From positions 32,925 through 96,924 of the IMG/VR virus record IMGVR_UViG_3300035492_000062: a stretch of 64,000 bases of DNA; one strand, given 5' to 3'. Of this stretch, positions 57,832-64,000 are shown one piece after another. The notes under the pieces are model-generated. The model did not search any database. It saw only the letters and a program-made list of their open reading frames with translations, and was not told the DNA's origin. This stretch comes from a virus. Within the stretch, counting starts at the first letter, position 1, and each line of letters begins with the position of its first letter. A program made the position numbers and the translations under genes.

Positions 57832-58854
57832 CTACTCAACATCAACATCAACATCACTAGAGTCAGTTTCTTCAACAATGTCCTCAATGAGTTCTTTTTT
57901 GTTATAAAGATTCATAATGTCGTCAAAATGTTCATCAAATTTTCCGCCTTGAAATTTTCGTGTTTCTCCATTGAACTCATATGAATACCATGCCCCATTT
58001 TTTGTAACGATTTCTGCCTCTAAAAGAGCATCCAACATCCCTTCAGTGAAATCGATCCCTTTGTCATACGGCACTTTTAATTCAAATCTCTGCATTGGAG
58101 CAGTGAATCGTGTTTTATTGACTTCACCTCGTATGAGAACTCCGTTAATTCGTTCCCCAGCCTCTTTCAGTTTTCTCTTCTCTAACATCACTGCCATTGA
58201 TGGAAAAAATTGGAATCCCTTACCGCCGGTACAGATCCACGGACCTGCCCCGTTTAGTATGTCTTGGTTTTGGTATGCATGTGTGATTAATATACAAAAC
58301 GCATCAAACTTTGCAATCTGTTTATTAATATTTTTGACCAAAAGTTTAGTCTTCTTGGCCAGCTGTCCGAGATCGCCCTTAGTGTCACCATCTTTGAATT
58401 CTTTCAGCTCCTTTTCAGAAAGCATACCGGCAACAGAGTCAATAACTAAGATAAACTTATCATCTTTATCAAATGCCGCCCATAATTCAGCTAATGCAGC
58501 AGTACACTGCTCAATTGTATCCACTAGGATTGGCATAAATTTATCAGGTGATAAATCAATACCAATTTTTTCCATATAATCTTCAGAAATTGACTCTTCA
58601 CTATCAACATATACAATCATGTAACCTTGATCTTGCGCTTCTTTACATGCAGTAGACGCTAAAAATGTTTTTCCGGTTCCACTCTCGCCCCAATACAAGA
58701 AAGTTCTTCTATTTGGGATGCCTACATCAAATCTCCCAGTCAGTCGATAGTTTAATAGAGCATTTCCAGTACTAATCCAGTTATCAGGATCGTTCATCTT
58801 CGTTGTAAAGTTTTTCTTTTCCAGCTGTTTGCGCAGTTTAGCTAAATTACTCAT
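57832..58854 (-). CDS. uvsX: RecA/UvsX recombinase
   Basis: ISTG, GESGTGKT, YVDSE, VIDSV, GGKG. Confidence 0.9.
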   Translation of the reverse strand: MSNLAKLRKQLEKKNFTTKMNDPDNWISTGNALLNYRLTGRFDVGIPNRRTFLYWGESGTGKTFLASTACKEAQDQGYMIVYVDSEESISEDYMEKIGIDLSPDKFMPILVDTIEQCTAALAELWAAFDKDDKFILVIDSVAGMLSEKELKEFKDGDTKGDLGQLAKKTKLLVKNINKQIAKFDAFCILITHAYQNQDILNGAGPWICTGGKGFQFFPSMAVMLEKRKLKEAGERINGVLIRGEVNKTRFTAPMQRFELKVPYDKGIDFTEGMLDALLEAEIVTKNGAWYSYEFNGETRKFQGGKFDEHFDDIMNLYNKKELIEDIVEETDSSDVDVDVE

Positions 58855-58876
58855 TGTTTCCCCTTTTGAGTTTTTG

Positions 58877-59374
58877 TCATACAATAGACATCATAATACA
58901 TTCTGTTTTTAACGCAGTCAACGCAGAACTAATGTCTGTGTGCAGTTTACAATTATACCGATTACATGTTATAGCAACATTACCATACCGATAAAACTCT
59001 TTGTCACACATGACGATAATTTTCTTTTTACCACCAGCCATTAATCCAAGCTCAAGAAGTGATATTGGTGCTTTGGAGTCTTTAGGTAGACACAGAAACA
59101 CCAAGTCGGAGTTCTCTAGTCCAGAAATCTCCCAATTGACTTGTTCACTAAACTGTTTATCCTCCGGTACTTGTTTCCAAGAACTATCCCAGTCATCTCT
59201 TCTTGGATTTAGAAATAAGATTTCCTTTCGTCTATTCCAATCCTTAAAATACTCTACTACTTGTTTTTGCCAGTCAATTGCTGCACCCATATCAATAGCA
59301 CCTGCCAAAAATATTTTTATTTTATTTTCGCCATTGTATGGATTTGGTGCTTTTACTTCAGTTACTCTCGTCAT
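58877..59374 (-). CDS. Nucleoside 2-deoxyribosyltransferase-like protein
   Basis: IFLAGAI...DWQ...NPRR...QVNWE...SLLELG. Confidence 0.75.
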   Translation of the reverse strand: MTRVTEVKAPNPYNGENKIKIFLAGAIDMGAAIDWQKQVVEYFKDWNRRKEILFLNPRRDDWDSSWKQVPEDKQFSEQVNWEISGLENSDLVFLCLPKDSKAPISLLELGLMAGGKKKIIVMCDKEFYRYGNVAITCNRYNCKLHTDISSALTALKTECIMMSIV

Positions 59375-59389
59375 TTAAAAATCCTCATA

Positions 59390-59803
59390 CTATTTGACAG
59401 CTTTCAGTTTCCGTTGAGCTTCAAGTTGTTCTCTGGTGAAGAGCGTACCACTCTCTTGTGTTTCTGTCAACCCAGTTTGTGCAGTAATAGCATTTGGTTG
59501 TTTAGGTGCTTGCTTCTTAGCTAATTCTTCTCTCTTCAGAATCAGCATATCTCTCTTGTACATGGCATCTTTAGCTAAATCCAGAAAGTCTCTACTCATT
59601 TCGAAGTAACGAAGTCTATTCTTAGGCTCCACTAGCTGAATGACTTCCTTGATCTCTTTGTAGTCAGTCAATGCCCTCTCAATGGTAAATTCTAACTCTT
59701 TGATCTCTGGGATGTCAAATGACTCGTAGTTCTGATCATCAATAAACGTATCGTCCTCGATGTCAAACGCATCTGATAGAGGGTCGCTGTACTTGTTGCT
59801 CAT
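59390..59803 (-). CDS. Hypothetical protein (possibly small terminase-like)
   Basis: Acidic N-terminus, helical core; GTAAATA late-like motif upstream. Confidence 0.5.
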   Translation of the reverse strand: MSNKYSDPLSDAFDIEDDTFIDDQNYESFDIPEIKELEFTIERALTDYKEIKEVIQLVEPKNRLRYFEMSRDFLDLAKDAMYKRDMLILKREELAKKQAPKQPNAITAQTGLTETQESGTLFTREQLEAQRKLKAVK

Positions 59804-60050
59804 AAATTTCTCCTATCTCTCTGACTATTATTTACTCAGAAAAACTCAAAATTTTAAAATTATTTTTCACTCCACAGACCTCATTCTTACTGGATTTCTA
59901 GCCTATTTGGTAATTAGATTAAACTGTTTATATAATTGGGTTGAAGTGAGAATGGTATATTTCAGTTTGATGAATACTCTAAATAGAGTTACATAGACCA
60001 TGACAGAAGTTGGAGTATGTTTTGGATATGTAAACAAATTGGAGAATTTT

Positions 60051-60797
60051 ATGTCTAAGAAACATAACAAGTTTGATACATCTCAAGAGACACCAGAGAA
60101 CATCTCTTATCTAGCCAAGAAAAAATTTACCACTCACGACCTCGTTACCATCCACCCCAAAAATCCCCGTCAGCAACAATTTTTCGATGAAGTACAAAAA
60201 GACACACCAATGATTAGTTTAGAAGGTCATGCTGGCACAGGTAAAAGCTTCTGTGCGTTATACGCAGCACTCCATGAGGTTTTTGATCCAGACACCGAAT
60301 ATCAACATGTCGTTATCATAAGAAGTGCAGTCGAGTCAAGAAAAATCGGATTTTTGCCGGGATCTGAAGAAGAAAAAGCAGCTGCATACGAGAAACCCTA
60401 TAAACAAGTTATTGGAGAACTGATTAGATTTAAGACTGCTTATGATAATTTAAAGGCACTTGGGTACTTATCTTTTGAGTTGACATCTCACCTGCGTGGT
60501 GTAACATATAACAATACTATTATTATTTTAGACGAATCACAAAATTTGGATGCGTCAGAATTGAGAACAGTTATCACCAGATTAGGGACAAACTCAAAAA
60601 TCTTCTTGTGTGGAGATTCTAAACAAAATGATCTAGAGCGTTATAGAGAAAAATCTGGTTTGAAATATCTGAACGATGTTATGAAAATGATGCCATATGG
60701 TTCTACCGCAACAATTAACTTTAAACTTGATGATATTGTTCGTTCTGGTCTTGTAAGAGAATTTTTGATTGCAGATTCGAAAGTGAGTGAAGGGTAA
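60051..60797 (+). CDS. phoH: PhoH-family ATPase
   Basis: GHAGTGKS, GFLPG, LRG, DESQN, RLG...GD..Q.D, DIVRS. Confidence 0.92.
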   Translation: MSKKHNKFDTSQETPENISYLAKKKFTTHDLVTIHPKNPRQQQFFDEVQKDTPMISLEGHAGTGKSFCALYAALHEVFDPDTEYQHVVIIRSAVESRKIGFLPGSEEEKAAAYEKPYKQVIGELIRFKTAYDNLKALGYLSFELTSHLRGVTYNNTIIILDESQNLDASELRTVITRLGTNSKIFLCGDSKQNDLERYREKSGLKYLNDVMKMMPYGSTATINFKLDDIVRSGLVREFLIADSKVSEG

Positions 60798-60824
60798 TCA
60801 GATTATCCAGATGGATTACAAATT

Positions 60825-60850
60825 AAAAAGGGGACTAATATCCCCTCTTA
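60825..60850. terminator. Bidirectional terminator
   Basis: AGGGGA-ctaata-TCCCCT between convergent genes. Confidence 0.6.
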
Positions 60851-61495
60851 TCTTTGATACAGCTTCATTGTGTTTTCAGTAAACCCAAGATCAATAATTA
60901 CAGGCTTGCCTTTGTATAGTCCCCAGTTGGCCTGACGCCCAAGATCGCCGATACCGATTTGAGTGTAGTTCAACAACAAATCTCTCAACTTGTCATAGTT
61001 CTCGTTTTCATGTACAGATTCAGGCAGTTCTTTGTATCTCCAATTTTTCCTACCAGTTCTCTCATACTCAATAGACGCCATAATAGTATCTATGTCAACA
61101 CCACCAAAGAATCGCTCCAGTTGCTTCTTGGTTATCTTATCGGCATACTCCGTGTGTATCCATACTGGTCTGGAGTTCTGCTCGTCATAATCAATCATAG
61201 GAATCGTAATCCCTATCCCCGTTACATACCAATCTGATAATAAGTCAGCTTCTTCTTGGTTTTGACTTAGACCCTTACCCTGCGAAAGTGCCACCTTGAT
61301 TATTGTCCTACGCCCTTGATATGGTACTTCAAATGCAACACGAGACGATCCTTTGCCCACTTGCTGTGCTCTTGCCTTAGCGTATTCAATCATTTGTTTG
61401 TACGTACCCTGTCTACCTGAGAACATAGATTGATCCCAGTCTGGTGGAAGTGGTGCTTCTTGAATGAGCGTCCTGTATAAATTATCTAATTTCAT
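60848..61495 (-). CDS. Protein-kinase-fold enzyme with the shared N-terminal leader
   Basis: Gly loop VGKGSSRVAF, IIKVA, QNQEE, catalytic DLGRQANWG, DLG; starts MKLDNLYRTL. Confidence 0.7.
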   Translation of the reverse strand: MKLDNLYRTLIQEAPLPPDWDQSMFSGRQGTYKQMIEYAKARAQQVGKGSSRVAFEVPYQGRRTIIKVALSQGKGLSQNQEEADLLSDWYVTGIGITIPMIDYDEQNSRPVWIHTEYADKITKKQLERFFGGVDIDTIMASIEYERTGRKNWRYKELPESVHENENYDKLRDLLLNYTQIGIGDLGRQANWGLYKGKPVIIDLGFTENTMKLYQR

Positions 61496-61935
61496 CTCAA
61501 AATCCCGTATGTAATATTTCCAGCTTCTTCAATCTTAATAGAGTCGTAACCCATGGCTTTTAGGAGAGTGGCAGTTTCTCTTTTATTATTTTCTGACTCC
61601 CAGAACGTTATGATTGGTCTGGACTCTTCACCAAAATATTCTCTGAACCTATTTAGATAAGGAATGACATCTTTAGACTTGTTCTTAGCATTTCTGCTCA
61701 CAACTGCAATGAACCTACTAGCATTGAGTCTCAATCTGTCGTGGCCTAAATCGGCTGTATGTTTTGGATTGAACTCTAACTCAACCATACGACCACCAGC
61801 AACACCACCTCTTGACATTGCGTACTGTGCTGCTATGTTTTTACTAGGTGTAACCCATCTAATCGTTCTTGAGTTACTACCAGCACCTACTCCGCGATAG
61901 ACTAGAGACTCATACAAACTATCAATATTCATCAT
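61492..61935 (-). CDS. ADP-ribosyltransferase-fold protein with the shared leader
   Basis: VYRG...WVTPSKNIAAQYA...GRMVEL...GYDSIKIEE; starts MNIDSLYESL. Confidence 0.55.
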   Translation of the reverse strand: MMNIDSLYESLVYRGVGAGSNSRTIRWVTPSKNIAAQYAMSRGGVAGGRMVELEFNPKHTADLGHDRLRLNASRFIAVVSRNAKNKSKDVIPYLNRFREYFGEESRPIITFWESENNKRETATLLKAMGYDSIKIEEAGNITYGILR

Positions 61936-62414
61936 TAAACCTCTATCACAATTGCCATATAATACGGAAGACCTAGCTGAAACACCACATCAGCACGAGT
62001 GTTACCAGAGAAGATCCTCATTCTGCTACCTTGTTTAAGGATGATAGGCATCTCCATTGGTTTATTCTTAGCAAACCAATCATACAAAGCATCAACCGTT
62101 TTCTCGTTTCTGTACATAGGCCACGACTGATAAGTTTTGAGTGCATTGATCAACTGTTCCTTAGATGCTGACACACCAGACCGATACGAGACTTGATTGT
62201 CTATTGCTCTGGTTATTTTTACTCTAGGTGCCATATTAGCAGCAATGATAAAATCCTGAGCAGTAGGGAATGGATTGCCATACATACGTCCAAGACCCTT
62301 TAACTCATACTAGACTTTGTATTCACGAGCCAATACATCATTCTTTGGCATCACCCAGTTATTAAATGATGCATTCTCTAACAGTAAACTTTCGTACAAT
62401 TGATCTAATTTCAT
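61935..62414 (-). pseudogene. ParB/Srx-like protein with the shared leader, interrupted by an in-frame TAG at codon 35
   Basis: MKLDQLYESLLLE...EYKV*YELKGLGR in frame with MYGNPF...MPIIL...IFSGNTR. Confidence 0.65.
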
Positions 62415-62920
62415 AATTTGCTCACTTCTCTTGCAGCCACAATCTTTACATTTCTTGGATCAAAAACAACCAACGAGTAGTCGAACATGTCCATGAACAT
62501 GTAACTATCATATCCAGATCCAACATAGGTTTCTGTTTTTACACTACCGTCTAAATCATTCTTCAATCTATTCAACTCACGCAAATCAGGAATTAATGCA
62601 TTTTCAATCCAATCTGGTTTGTAAACTGTATGTTTAATCAATGCATTTTTATAAGACCTCTCAAGCTCGCTTGTTATTTTTGTCTTCTTATCAAGAAATG
62701 TTTTTCTTACTTTTGGCTGAACCTTATAAACGTATCCATCTCTACCAGCATATTGTTTAGCTAATTCTAAATTTTTTGTAAGATAAATTCCAGATGGGTT
62801 ACTGCCTCTATTCAGACGTGCAGCATTTAGATCAAATTTAGTAAACAGACGAGGACTCCCGTGATACCAAACATCACGGTCACTTCCCAGTAAACTCTCG
62901 TACAACTGATCTATCTTCAT
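62411..62920 (-). CDS. ADP-ribosyltransferase-fold protein with the shared leader
   Basis: WYHGS...GIYLTKNLELAKQYA...GYVYKV...GYDS...LVVFDPRNVKI; starts MKIDQLYESL. Confidence 0.65.
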   Translation of the reverse strand: MKIDQLYESLLGSDRDVWYHGSPRLFTKFDLNAARLNRGSNPSGIYLTKNLELAKQYAGRDGYVYKVQPKVRKTFLDKKTKITSELERSYKNALIKHTVYKPDWIENALIPDLRELNRLKNDLDGSVKTETYVGSGYDSYMFMDMFDYSLVVFDPRNVKIVAAREVSKL

Positions 62921-63811
62921 CTAATCCCCCACTTCTGCTCTAACATAGGAATAGCATCCTTCCAGTTTGTTACATTATACTTACGCAGCATTTTACTCAC
63001 TTCAAACATCATATTTCTGTGGTCTGGGGAATTTTGTGACATGTGAAGATCCGCACCTATGCCACTCAGATTCTTGTATCTAAGTTTCGTAAGAAACTCG
63101 TTAAGTTGCTTCTCCATACCAGATGACAATTTGTGTCTATCCTCTGGCGAGAATTTCAGTGCAGCAAACAGACCAATCAGCCCCTCAGTGTATCCTTCTG
63201 GGGTAGGACGTCTAATGTTCCTATAGTATCCTGCTGGCTTAGACACATCAGGTTCATTGATGATAGATTCTAGATCAACTTCATTTTGTTGAGCAACCAT
63301 ATCTCTTGGAGTTCTAAAAACTCTAAATGGAATATTTCTGGTCTTGCAGAAGAGAAGATGGCTAATTTTCTGATGTTCCTTGGGTCTTTTAAATCATCAA
63401 CCAAATCAATACCCAGAATGAACTTAGTAATGTCTTTGATGGTGTCATGATTGCTGAAAATTCTGTCTTCTTCCTCATACGCACCATTACTAAATCCTCG
63501 GTAATCTGCTCCCCAGTAGTCAACCGCAGTACCCTTTAGGTTATAAGCAAGTGCACGTCCATCTAACTTGATTAAAGCACTATGGTGTCTGTCTTGATGG
63601 TACTTTCCTGTGCGTGTACGAGCCGTAGACAAGAAATACATCGTAGGTGTTGGCATTGATGCTTCTGATGGTTTGGCGAACACTGGAGCCAATCTAAGCT
63701 CATTCTTAGACAGTATGTTCATCAACATTGGAGTTTGTGTGGAGTGGAGTGGTATACTATGGGGGAGATCCCCTCTGTCAACAAACTCTCATATAAAAAT
63801 TCAATCTTCAT
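62917..63811 (-). pseudogene. ART-fold protein with the shared leader, broken by two -1 frameshifts
   Basis: MKIEFLYESLLTEGISPIVYHST, shift, MNILSKNELRL...FLSTAR...KLDGR...VDYW...EEEDRI, shift near 63390, KISHLLFCKTRNIPFRVF... Confidence 0.6.
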
Positions 63812-63820
63812 CTCATTCCC

Positions 63821-64000
63821 TTACATTACAAACATTGACAATTTTTTGACGAGATTCATCAGTGTTACAAAATCTACATTGTATAGTTTAGCAATCGTTC
63901 TCACTTGACTCTCAGAATTTACAATCACAGTACTAAACCCAGCTTTACCAGCTAAGTTGATCAAGGCCAGCATTGGGCGCTTATACTTCTCTGGGACGTT
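63821..64000 (-). CDS. 3' end of a hypothetical gene entering from beyond the window
   Basis: Open frame NVPEKYKRPMLALINLAG...KLSMFVM*. Confidence 0.55.
   Translation of the reverse strand, partial: NVPEKYKRPMLALINLAGKAGFSTVIVNSESQVRTIAKLYNVDFVTLMNLVKKLSMFVM

Noticed and set aside
57971-58579. 202-aa plus-strand ORF inside uvsX, and similar antisense ORFs elsewhere in the track
   Set aside because: Fully antisense to conserved genes, with no RBS or recognisable motifs; typical codon-bias shadows
1-64000. Genome-wide TAG reassignment (alternative genetic code) suggested by the amber at 62310
   Set aside because: Long core ORFs are open in code 11, and TAG ends several genes at tight junctions (e.g. 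14076, 20228, 24690, 26594)

Overview
64 kb of an AT-rich, gene-dense, lytic T4-superfamily-like large/jumbo myovirus genome. T4-type neck, tail, replisome and rII genes occur together with a split DnaE-type polymerase. The E. coli-like NrdA/NrdB suggests a gammaproteobacterial host (inference). Layout: 1-30.2 kb (+) holds rIIA/B, intein-containing nrdA, nrdB, glutaredoxin, an intein-containing RNA ligase, frameshifted dam, a vWA protein, an SLT, denV, pnk and many small accessory ORFs. 30.2-59.8 kb (mostly -) holds an Acb1-like 2H phosphoesterase, tail/neck genes, SSB, clamp, TS, DHFR, helicase, primase, clamp loader, dUTPase, dNMP kinase, a Dda-like helicase, MoxR/vWA, GroES, UvsW/Y/X and a GIY-YIG homing endonuclease. 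60-64 kb holds phoH and a cluster of enzyme-like ORFs. Best leads: (1) six proteins (three ART-fold, a kinase-fold, a ParB/Srx-like and the Acb1-like enzyme) share an N-terminal M-[KRN]-[ILF]-[DE]-x-[LI]-Y-[ER]-[ST]-L leader, suggesting a head-packaged, injected effector set; (2) a ~305-nt structured ncRNA candidate with its own late-type promoter, a long-range closing stem, ~13 quasi-periodic 7-8 nt A-rich units and a terminator, directly behind a helical protein; (3) an intein-free minimal DnaE split into two genes 11.5 kb apart; (4) an intein inside the RNA ligase adenylation motif; (5) a hidden ArfA-like peptide. Several single-base indels in short homopolymers suggest some breaks are sequencing errors. 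All family assignments are from motif recognition by eye; no searches were run.
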